A DNA stretch of 64,000 nucleotides from Chloroflexota bacterium. GTDB lineage: Bacteria; Chloroflexota; Anaerolineae; UBA2200. The notes under the pieces were generated by a model. It was not told the origin of the DNA and made no database searches. It saw nothing but the letters and a program-made list of their open reading frames with translations. Positions within the stretch are counted from its first letter, which is position 1, and every line of letters begins with the position of its first letter. Location: the NCBI GenBank assembly GCA_014360755.1, contig JACIWX010000003.1, positions 283,678 to 347,677 on the forward strand, given 5' to 3'. Position numbers and translations under genes: made by a program. This document shows positions 37,615-45,446 of the stretch, in pieces.

Positions 37615-38145
37615 ATTCACATCGTCTACTTTGATTTGGAAACGAAATACAGTATTGACGAAGTAGGTGGGCGCTCGAACATCAGAAAATTAGGCATGGC
37701 TGCGGCAGTAATTTATAACACCGCACAGGCTGCTTATCACTATTACACTGAGGAGCAAGCCGCAGATCTCATTGCAGAGCTGAAATCCGCTGCATTGGTA
37801 GTGGGTTATAACCTCCTAGATTTTGACTATGAAGTACTTCGTGCTTACAGCAGCGAGTCTCTGGCAGGCTTACCCACAGTGGATATAATGGAGTACTTGG
37901 CGCGCCGTCTGGGTTTTCGCCCCTCGCTACAGTCCGTTGCGACTGCTACACTGGGCATTGCCAAATCTGCCGATGGACTGCAAGCCATCCACTGGTATCG
38001 CCAGGGCTTGATAGACAAAGTGCTCGAGTACTGTCAGCGTGATGTGGAGATAACGAAGAACTTGTACGAATATGGCCAAGTCCACAAGGTGGTCTATTGT
38101 TGGGATAGGCAATATCGGCGGCGCATGGTCCCAGTCAATTGGTAA
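37615..38145 (+). CDS. Stand-alone RNase H-like / DnaQ-like 3'-5' exonuclease domain protein (probable ATT start)
   Basis: IVYFDLET (ExoI), VVGYNLLDFD (ExoII), YCQRDV (ExoIII). ExoI begins upstream of the ORF-track start at 37636. Confidence 0.8.
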   Translation: MHIVYFDLETKYSIDEVGGRSNIRKLGMAAAVIYNTAQAAYHYYTEEQAADLIAELKSAALVVGYNLLDFDYEVLRAYSSESLAGLPTVDIMEYLARRLGFRPSLQSVATATLGIAKSADGLQAIHWYRQGLIDKVLEYCQRDVEITKNLYEYGQVHKVVYCWDRQYRRRMVPVNW

Positions 38146-38189
38146 CCCAGCGGTGAAGGGAGGAGGCTGGCAAGACCAGGCCAAAGCCA

Positions 38190-39152
38190 ATGGATATCAA
38201 GATGCTGGATATGGAGTTTGAACCTGCTTATCTGCGCTTGCTGCGCAGTGGAGAATTGAAAAAGCGTGTCACAGAGGCATACCGCCGCTTGGAAGCTTGT
38301 GACATCTGCCCACGTGAATGTGGCGTCAACCGACGGCAAAGCGCCAAAGGCGCGGTTTGCCGCACAGGCGAGCGTGCCCTTGTTTGTAGTTATCATCCAC
38401 ACTTTGGCGAAGAAGCGCCTCTGGTAGGAACGAGAGGTTCAGGGACCATTTTCTTCACCTGGTGCAACTTGAAATGCCAGTATTGCCAGAACTATGAAAT
38501 CAGCCAGCTCGGCGAAGGTCGGGAAGTCGAACCAGAGCAACTCGCTGCGATGATGCTGCATTTACAGGAAATGGGGTGCCATAACATTAACTTTGTCTCG
38601 CCCACGCATGTCGTGCCGCAGATCCTGGCGGGTGTGTTGATCGCCGCAGGGGCAGGCCTGCGCATCCCCTTGGTTTACAACACGGGCGGCTACGACTCGC
38701 TGAAGACACTGGCTTTATTGGATGGCGTGTTCGATATTTACATGCCCGATATGAAATATTCTGATGAAGCCATCGCTCAACGGCTGTCCAAGGTCAAGAA
38801 CTATCCAGCCATCAACCGCGCTGCTGTGGCGGAAATGCACAGACAAGTTGGGGATCTCTACTTGGATGAGCGTGGCATTGCCCTGCGCGGCTTGTTGGTA
38901 CGCCATCTGGTGTTGCCAGGAGGGTTGGCAGGGACTGCGGAAATTGTGCGCTTTTTAGCGGAGGAAATCTCCCCCAATACTTATCTGAATATTATGGATC
39001 AGTACCGTCCCTGTTACAAAGCACACGAATATCCGGAACTGAACCGCCGCATCACTCCAGAAGAATACGCTGAAGCCGTCCGCCTAGCCCAGGAAGCTGG
39101 TTTGCACCGCCTCGATGACCGCCAAGCCAGGTTCTTTTTTCTGTGGAATTAG
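38190..39152 (+). CDS. Radical SAM protein, PflX-like
   Basis: CDICPREC, HFGEE, GSGTIFF, CNLKCQYCQN (CxxxCxxC), RHLVLP, MDQYRP. Confidence 0.88.
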   Translation: MDIKMLDMEFEPAYLRLLRSGELKKRVTEAYRRLEACDICPRECGVNRRQSAKGAVCRTGERALVCSYHPHFGEEAPLVGTRGSGTIFFTWCNLKCQYCQNYEISQLGEGREVEPEQLAAMMLHLQEMGCHNINFVSPTHVVPQILAGVLIAAGAGLRIPLVYNTGGYDSLKTLALLDGVFDIYMPDMKYSDEAIAQRLSKVKNYPAINRAAVAEMHRQVGDLYLDERGIALRGLLVRHLVLPGGLAGTAEIVRFLAEEISPNTYLNIMDQYRPCYKAHEYPELNRRITPEEYAEAVRLAQEAGLHRLDDRQARFFFLWN

Positions 39153-39163
39153 CCTGCTTGCCA

Positions 39164-39342
39164 GAGGGTGTTGAAAAAGCTCTTCCAATGTCATGCTGAA
39201 CCTTCGCGCTGAGCAAAGCGAAGGGGAAGTGAAGCATCTCCCAGTACTTGGGGAAATACAGCTAAAGTTACGCGAGACCCCTTCGTTGTACTCAGGGCAG
39301 GCTCTTCGCTTCGCTCAGGGAGAAAAGATTTTCAACACTCTC
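39164..39342. mobile_element. MITE copy B (179 bp)
   Basis: TIRs GAGGGTGTTGAAAA / TTTTCAACACTCTC; direct repeat TTGCCA at 39158-39163 and 39343-39348. Confidence 0.88.
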
Positions 39343-39439
39343 TTGCCATTGCTATCCCTCGAAGAATTGTCTTGCCTTTCCATTTTGGCAAGAAGCCACA
39401 ATTTGGTTATAATCTTCACCAGTTTGTGAGAGGGTGAGT

Positions 39440-39721
39440 ATGCCGGATACAGTGCGATTGCATGCCAGGGTATACGGCCTGGTCCAAGGTGTGAGTTTCC
39501 GCTACTATACCTTGCGTAAGGCGCAAACGTTGGGGCTGACTGGCTATGTGCGGAATCGCTGGGATGGCAGTGTCGAGGTCGTAGCAGAGGGCGAACGCGC
39601 GGCGGTAGATCAACTGCTGTCCTGGTTACATGTGGGTCCACCTTCCGCTGAAGTGGAACGTGTTGAGTTTGAGTGGCAAAAACCACTGGGCGAGTTCAGG
39701 CAGTTTGAGGTGCGATTCTAA
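39440..39721 (+). CDS. acyP: Acylphosphatase
   Basis: VQGVSFR, GYVRN..DGSVE..AEG, GPP.A.V. Confidence 0.92.
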   Translation: MPDTVRLHARVYGLVQGVSFRYYTLRKAQTLGLTGYVRNRWDGSVEVVAEGERAAVDQLLSWLHVGPPSAEVERVEFEWQKPLGEFRQFEVRF

Positions 39722-40944
39722 TGCGTCGCAACCCAGAACGTCTAGCCTGGGCGGTCCTGTGGATCTCCTTTGCACTCTTCTGCACATTGACCATCTCCAT
39801 CCCCTTGGGCATCCGTTGGTACCTGACCCATGCCACAAAAGCCTATGAAGCAAAGGTCACTTGCCTCGAAGGTACAGCGGTTGTGGAAGATCCACAACAT
39901 GGTACTGCGAAACCTGTGCTGAAAGGTGAGACTATCTCGATACCCGAAGGCACGGTGGTAAGCGTAGATGAAACAGCCCAGGCCGTCGTCACCTTCTTCG
40001 ATCAATCCTTCGTGCGCCTTTTTCCTCGAACTAGCATCGCCATACAACGCATGCGCACGCCGCGCTTCAATGCAAGTCCACTCCCTGCCCAAATTGTGAT
40101 CTACGCCAAAGGTGGAAGGCTCTGGGCAAGCACTGTGCTCCGCGGATCTTCCCCTGTAGAATTCCGCGTGGAAAGCCTACAAGCGCATACCGTGCTTGCC
40201 GAAGATGGTGGCTACACCGTAGAGGTGAGCAACGAACGCACAGAAGTGATTGTGCATCGTGGGATGGCAGAGATTTCAGCAGCCTCGCTCTCTCAGCCAA
40301 GTGCTGCAGCCAAGGTAACTCTTAGTTCGCGACAGCGTACGGTGGTGGAAATTGGCAAACCACCACTGGCTCCGCTAAAGGCTGAGCGCGATTTGCTCGT
40401 CAATGGCGATTTCACAGCCCCATTGAGCACAGGGTGGACCGCTTTCAACGACCAAGGTGGCGATGGCGGCGAAGTAGATGGCACGGTGTCACTAGTGGTA
40501 GATGAAGGACGACGGGCGGTGCGCTTCTACCGTACTGGCGGTGAGTACAACCACTGCGAAACAATCATTGAACAAGAACTCAACCGGGATTTGCCCGAAC
40601 CCCTCACTATCCTCAAAGTGCGGGCAACGATCAAACTAGTCTATCAAAGCCTGTCTGGAGGAGGCTATCTCAGTTCCGAATATCCCTTAATGATCCGTAT
40701 TCGATACCGAGACAAGTACCTCAGCGAAAACGAATGGATTCGTGGCTTTTACTATCAGAACGTAAATAATAACCCAACGATGAATGGCCAGGAGATACCG
40801 CAAAACAAATGGTATTTCTATGAATCGGAGAACCTGTTAGATATCTTGCCCATCGCTCCCCGTCAAATCTTGTGGCTGCGCGTGTATGCGTCGGGTTGGA
40901 GCTATGAAAGCCTGGTTTCACAGATCAGTCTGATTGTTGAGTAA
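39721..40944 (+). CDS. Membrane-anchored FecR-domain protein with a C-terminal beta-sandwich domain
   Basis: N-terminal TM; FecR-like TFFDQSFVRL..RT, TEVIV.RG.A; LLVNGDF starts a CBM-like domain. Confidence 0.6.
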   Translation: MRRNPERLAWAVLWISFALFCTLTISIPLGIRWYLTHATKAYEAKVTCLEGTAVVEDPQHGTAKPVLKGETISIPEGTVVSVDETAQAVVTFFDQSFVRLFPRTSIAIQRMRTPRFNASPLPAQIVIYAKGGRLWASTVLRGSSPVEFRVESLQAHTVLAEDGGYTVEVSNERTEVIVHRGMAEISAASLSQPSAAAKVTLSSRQRTVVEIGKPPLAPLKAERDLLVNGDFTAPLSTGWTAFNDQGGDGGEVDGTVSLVVDEGRRAVRFYRTGGEYNHCETIIEQELNRDLPEPLTILKVRATIKLVYQSLSGGGYLSSEYPLMIRIRYRDKYLSENEWIRGFYYQNVNNNPTMNGQEIPQNKWYFYESENLLDILPIAPRQILWLRVYASGWSYESLVSQISLIVE

Positions 40945-40997
40945 GAGCGCATGAAAGGCTCTGTGCAAAGACGACAAAATAGACAAAGGAGGTCACA

Positions 40998-41621
40998 ATG
41001 CTCAGCGAGAAATCTGTGCGTATCTTTCTGGATGAACTCGCCAGTTCAGCACCGGCTCCCGGTGGTGGCAGTGCCGCCGCTTTGGCTGCTGCTATTGGCG
41101 CCGCACTGGTGAGCATGGTCGCAAACCTGACTGTGGGCAAGAAGGATTATACCCATGTCCAGGATGACATCCAGCGTATTCTGAAGCGTTCAGAAGAACT
41201 ACGCCACAAATGCCTGGAATTGCTGGAAGGAGATGTCGCTGCTTACACTGAGGTATCTCTCGCCTATAAGATGCCCCGTGACACCGAGGAGCAGAAAGCA
41301 GCGCGTAGTGCCGCTATCCAAAAGGCACTGAAAACCGCTACCGCCGTTCCGATGGAACTTGCCGAGGCTTGCGTAGAAATCTTGAATTTGTGCCCGGAAA
41401 GCGCAGAAAAGGGCAACGTGCGTGCCGTCAGCGACGTAGGTGTGGGAGCGCTGATGGCCGAGGCAGCCTTGCGCGCTGCGGCACTGAATGTGTTGATTAA
41501 CCTGGGCAGTATCAAAGACGAGTCCTTTGTGCAGCAAACCCGTGCACGGCTGAACGCGCTTTTGGAGGGCAAAGCCGAATTGAAGGAGAAAATCCTCAAG
41601 GATGTGGAAGCCAAGTTATAA
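40998..41621 (+). CDS. fchA: Methenyl-THF cyclohydrolase / cyclodeaminase family protein
   Basis: LAS.APAPGGGSAAA, MVANLT.GK, VP, GN...SD, NV.INL. Confidence 0.88.
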   Translation: MLSEKSVRIFLDELASSAPAPGGGSAAALAAAIGAALVSMVANLTVGKKDYTHVQDDIQRILKRSEELRHKCLELLEGDVAAYTEVSLAYKMPRDTEEQKAARSAAIQKALKTATAVPMELAEACVEILNLCPESAEKGNVRAVSDVGVGALMAEAALRAAALNVLINLGSIKDESFVQQTRARLNALLEGKAELKEKILKDVEAKL

Positions 41622-41713
41622 GCCACCGGTGAACGTGGTGGCTTGTGCCTTTGTCATTGCCCCGAGTACTTGTACCTAGAAACGGAATTCCGAGATTGAG
41701 AAAGGAGAGCAAG

Positions 41714-42601
41714 ATGACGGCAACGATTCTGAATGGTCGCGAATTAGCCAAGACAATGCAGGAAGAGATCAGCGCTGAGGTTGCAGCGTTCAAAGCCCGC
41801 TACAATGTGGTGCCGACCATCGCGGTAGTGCGGGCGGGCGAGGACCCCGCTTCGGTCAGTTATGGCAAAGCCATCGAAAAAGCGTTTACTGGCCGTGGAA
41901 TGGGATTCGCCTTGCATACCTTGCCGGAAACAGCAACACAGGATGAGATTGTGGCGCTGGTCGCTAGATTGAACGCAGATCCGGATGTCCATGGCATCAT
42001 GGTGCAAGAGCCGCTGCCTAAGGGCGTCAACGAAGCAGCGGTGAAGGAAATCCTTTCTCCTGATAAGGATGTAGATGGCGTGCATCCCGTGAATGCTGGC
42101 CGATTGGCTCAGGTCGCTCCAGTAGGACGCCCACCTATGGTCGAACCTTTCTTCGTCCCCGCTACTCCAGCTGGCGGGCTGGAGATACTGAAGCGGTATA
42201 ACGTCTCCTTGCAGGGGAAACACGCTGTGGTAGTGGGCCGCTCCAACATCGTCGGCAAGCCGATGGCGATGCTCCTCTTGCGCGAGAATGCAACGGTAAC
42301 CATTTGCCACTCACAGACAACCGATTTGGCTGCTGTGTGCCGCAGTGGTGACATCCTCTGTGCCGCTGTGGGAAGGGCAAAAATGATCAAGGGTGATTGG
42401 ATCAAGCCTGGCGCTGTAGTCATTGACTTTGGCGTTAACTTTGTGGATGGCCAGATGTGTGGTGATGTAGATTTTGAAGCAGCGCAAGAGGTAGCAGGGA
42501 TGATCACCCCCGTACCGGGCGGTACGGGCCCGATGACCAACATCATGCTGATGCGCAATGTTCTGGAAGCTGCCCAAAGGCAGTTGAAGGAGAAGGCCTG
42601 A
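41714..42601 (+). CDS. folD: Methylene-THF dehydrogenase/cyclohydrolase
   Basis: KDVDG, PATP.G, GRSNIVGKP, ATVTICHS, TPVPGG.GPMT. Confidence 0.93.
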   Translation: MTATILNGRELAKTMQEEISAEVAAFKARYNVVPTIAVVRAGEDPASVSYGKAIEKAFTGRGMGFALHTLPETATQDEIVALVARLNADPDVHGIMVQEPLPKGVNEAAVKEILSPDKDVDGVHPVNAGRLAQVAPVGRPPMVEPFFVPATPAGGLEILKRYNVSLQGKHAVVVGRSNIVGKPMAMLLLRENATVTICHSQTTDLAAVCRSGDILCAAVGRAKMIKGDWIKPGAVVIDFGVNFVDGQMCGDVDFEAAQEVAGMITPVPGGTGPMTNIMLMRNVLEAAQRQLKEKA

Positions 42602-42610
42602 TAGCCCTGT

Positions 42611-42639
42611 TTGACAATGTCAGCAAGCTGTGGTAAGAT
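42611..42639 (+). promoter_or_regulatory. Promoter TTGACA-N17-TAAGAT (TG-extended) upstream of fhs
   Basis: Exact -35, 17-bp spacer, TGg-TAAGAT. Confidence 0.65.
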
Positions 42640-42654
42640 TTGCGGCAGCTGCGG

Positions 42655-42672
42655 TAGTGAAAGATTTCACAA
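42655..42672. promoter_or_regulatory. Rex operator TAGTGAA-AGAT-TTCACAA
   Basis: One mismatch to TTGTGAA-N4-TTCACAA; lies just downstream of the promoter. Confidence 0.7.
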
Positions 42673-42692
42673 TTAGGCACAGTGCAGGGAAT

Positions 42693-42846
42693 GAGAGTGT
42701 TGAAAAAGCCTTTCCAATGTCATGCTGAACGGAGTGAAGCATCTCGCAGTACTTGGGGAAAGAGGCTAAAGTTACGCGAGACCTCTTCGTTGCACTTAGG
42801 GCAGGCTCTTCGCTTCGCTCAAGGTGACAAGATTTTCCACACTCTC
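42693..42846. mobile_element. MITE copy C (154 bp)
   Basis: TIRs GAGAGTGTTGAAAA / TTTTCCACACTCTC; 7-bp direct repeat AGGGAAT at 42686-42692 and 42847-42853. Confidence 0.88.
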
Positions 42847-43030
42847 AGGGAATTCGAGGCATTCAGTGTAATAGGATGCCAGTATTGTAACCCACGCGGG
42901 CGGTTTAGAGGGGTAGTTCCCCTTTGGGTGTTCTTGCCAATCTGAGTTCCGATCAAGCGCAGTTCCTTTATTTCACAATGCGTTTGATTTGTATATTCAA
43001 ATACATGATTGCACAAAGGAGGCAACAAAT

Positions 43031-44899
43031 ATGATCGTTGAAGTCAAGTCCCCAGTACCGAGCGATATTGAAATTGCTCAGGCAGCTAAGCTGCGACCTA
43101 TCCGCGAGGTGGCCGAAGAGTTGGGCCTCTCAGAAGATGACCTTGACCTCTATGGCAAGTACAAAGCCAAGGTCCATCTAGACGTGCTAGAGCGCCTGAA
43201 GGACCGCCCCAACGCCAAGTACATTGATGTAACCGCCATTACCCCCACCCCGCTTGGCGAAGGGAAAACGGTAACCACCATCAGCCTCAGCCAAGGCCTG
43301 CACTATATCGGCAAGAAAGTCTTCACCTGCATCCGGCAACCCTCACAAGGTCCCACCTTCGGCATCAAGGGAGGTGCGGCCGGCGGTGGTTATGCCCAAA
43401 TCGTCCCAATGGAAGACTTTAACTTGCATCTCACCGGCGATATCCATGCCGTAGGTGCAGCCAACAACTTGCTTGCTGCTGCCATTGATGCCCGCATCAT
43501 GCACGAGGACGAGATGAGCGATGAGAGGCTGCTCAAAGCCCTCTGCCCAGATGACAAGTTCGCCCCGTGGATGTATAAGCGGCTCCAGAAGCTGGGCATC
43601 CAGGCGGAAAAACCATCCGACCTGAGTCCAGAGGACCGGCGGCGCTTCGCCCGTCTGGACATTGACCCCTACAGCATTACTCTAAACCGCGTCATTGACA
43701 TCAATGACCGCGCGATCCGCAATGTGGTTATTGGCTTGGGCACCAAAGGCGACGGACGGCCTCGCCAGACCGGCTTTGATATCACGGTCGCAAGCGAAGT
43801 GATGGCCATCCTGGCTTTGGCTACCAGCCTAAAGGACTTGCGTGAACGCATCGGGCGTATGGTCATCGGCACGGACAAGAACCGTAATCCGATCACAGCT
43901 GAGGACTTGGGCGTGGCTGGCGCCATGACGGTTCTACTCAAGGATGCGCTGATGCCTAACCTGATGCAGACCTTGGCAGGTACCCCCGCTTTCGTGCACG
44001 CCGGGCCATTTGCCAACATTGCCCACGGCAATAACTCGATCATCGCGGACATGATTGGGCTGAAACTAGTCTCAGGCGGCTACTTGGTCACAGAATCCGG
44101 ATTCGGTGCGGACTGTGGCATGGAGAAATTCTTCGACATCAAGTGCCGCTACAGCGGGCTGATACCCAACTGCGTGGTGATGGTCGCCTCCATCCGTGCT
44201 CTGAAGATGCACGGCGGTGGTCCGAGAGTGGTTGCAGGCGTGCCCCTGAACCCAGCATATAAACAAGAGAACCTCGAGTTGCTAGAAAAGGGCCTTTGCA
44301 ACCTAGAAGCCAATATCAAGATCGCCCTCAAATTCGGCATCCCTGTCGTAGTAAGCATTAACAAGTTCACTACAGATACGGACAGAGAGATCGCCCTCGT
44401 AAAAGAGGCGGCCATAGCTGCTGGCGCAGAAACGGCTGTGGTCAATGAGGGTTGGGCGAAAGGCGAGGCGGGTGCTGCTGAATTGGCTGAAGCTGTGGTG
44501 GCCGCCTGCGAAAAACCCAGCAACTTCCGATTCCTTTACCCGCTGGATATCCCAATCAAGGACAAGATCGAGATCATCGCCAAAGAAATCTATGGTGCTG
44601 ATGGCGTCATCTTTGAAGCGGCAGCCCAGCAAAAAATCAAACTCTATACCGAACTCGGGTACGACAAACTGCCCATTAATATGGCTAAGACGCACCTATC
44701 ACTGTCTCACAACCCAGATTGGAAAGGTGTGCCCAAGGGCTATATGCTGCCCGTGCGCGATATCCGGGCCTCGGTCGGCGCAGGATTCCTATATCCGCTC
44801 TGCGGAGCCATGCGCACCATGCCCGGACTGCCATCTCGCCCAGTGTTCATGGACATTGACATTGACGTAGAGACTGGCAAAGTCATCGGACTTTCATAA
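43031..44899 (+). CDS. fhs: Formate--tetrahydrofolate ligase
   Basis: [57 protein letters not shown]. Confidence 0.96.
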   Translation: MIVEVKSPVPSDIEIAQAAKLRPIREVAEELGLSEDDLDLYGKYKAKVHLDVLERLKDRPNAKYIDVTAITPTPLGEGKTVTTISLSQGLHYIGKKVFTCIRQPSQGPTFGIKGGAAGGGYAQIVPMEDFNLHLTGDIHAVGAANNLLAAAIDARIMHEDEMSDERLLKALCPDDKFAPWMYKRLQKLGIQAEKPSDLSPEDRRRFARLDIDPYSITLNRVIDINDRAIRNVVIGLGTKGDGRPRQTGFDITVASEVMAILALATSLKDLRERIGRMVIGTDKNRNPITAEDLGVAGAMTVLLKDALMPNLMQTLAGTPAFVHAGPFANIAHGNNSIIADMIGLKLVSGGYLVTESGFGADCGMEKFFDIKCRYSGLIPNCVVMVASIRALKMHGGGPRVVAGVPLNPAYKQENLELLEKGLCNLEANIKIALKFGIPVVVSINKFTTDTDREIALVKEAAIAAGAETAVVNEGWAKGEAGAAELAEAVVAACEKPSNFRFLYPLDIPIKDKIEIIAKEIYGADGVIFEAAAQQKIKLYTELGYDKLPINMAKTHLSLSHNPDWKGVPKGYMLPVRDIRASVGAGFLYPLCGAMRTMPGLPSRPVFMDIDIDVETGKVIGLS

Positions 44900-44911
44900 G
44901 CCTTTGGGAAG

Positions 44912-44944
44912 AGAGGTGGAGGAGTAATGCTCCTCCACCTCTTT
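44912..44944 (+). terminator. Terminator-like hairpin after fhs
   Basis: AGAGGTGGAGGAG-TAATG-CTCCTCCACCTCT-TT. Confidence 0.65.
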
Positions 44945-45064
44945 GGCAGCCCTTGGGAGCATTCTTCAAAACGCACTTATCTGCTGTATAATTCATCTAA
45001 TAGGATAATTTTTATCCACATGCGGTTCTGCAGCGACCGCACAGCAAACTGAAGGAGGGGAAAA

Positions 45065-45403
45065 GTGCCAGTGGGAAAAGTAGTTTTCGATGTGCCGAAA
45101 ATGTACGCCGATCACCACGTTGAGGCAGTGCGCAAGGCTCTGCTAGCATTGCCGGGCATTGAGGAGATTATAGCCAGCAGCGCCCTAAAGCGCGTGGTGG
45201 TTCGTTACGATACAGAGCGCCTCAACCCAGGCGCAATCGAACAAGCCTTGCAGGCTGCAGGGTATGCGCCAGGAGAGGAGTGGGAACTACCCAAGTTACC
45301 GGAAGGCAAAGAAGACCATTCTCCATGGTTCCAGGTCATCCCAAGGGTAACGACAACGGATAGGCGCGATCTGGAGATGTCCGGAGATTTCCGAAAATAT
45401 TAA
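45065..45403 (+). CDS. Heavy-metal-associated (HMA)-fold protein with MYADHH in place of MxCxxC
   Basis: FDVPKMYADHHVEAVRKAL..LPGI...V.YD.....IEQALQAAGY; RBS AAGGAGG. Confidence 0.8.
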   Translation: MPVGKVVFDVPKMYADHHVEAVRKALLALPGIEEIIASSALKRVVVRYDTERLNPGAIEQALQAAGYAPGEEWELPKLPEGKEDHSPWFQVIPRVTTTDRRDLEMSGDFRKY

Positions 45404-45446
45404 ATTTTGCAGTTGCTTGAGATTTCATGAGAAGGAGCAAGATCCG

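Noticed and set aside
42853..43030. ZTP (pfl) or THF riboswitch upstream of fhs
   Set aside because: I could not find the conserved cores by eye, only small hairpins; an Rfam scan would settle it
45012..45020. DnaA box TTATCCACA / replication origin
   Set aside because: Single box, no cluster, and no dnaA or dnaN nearby
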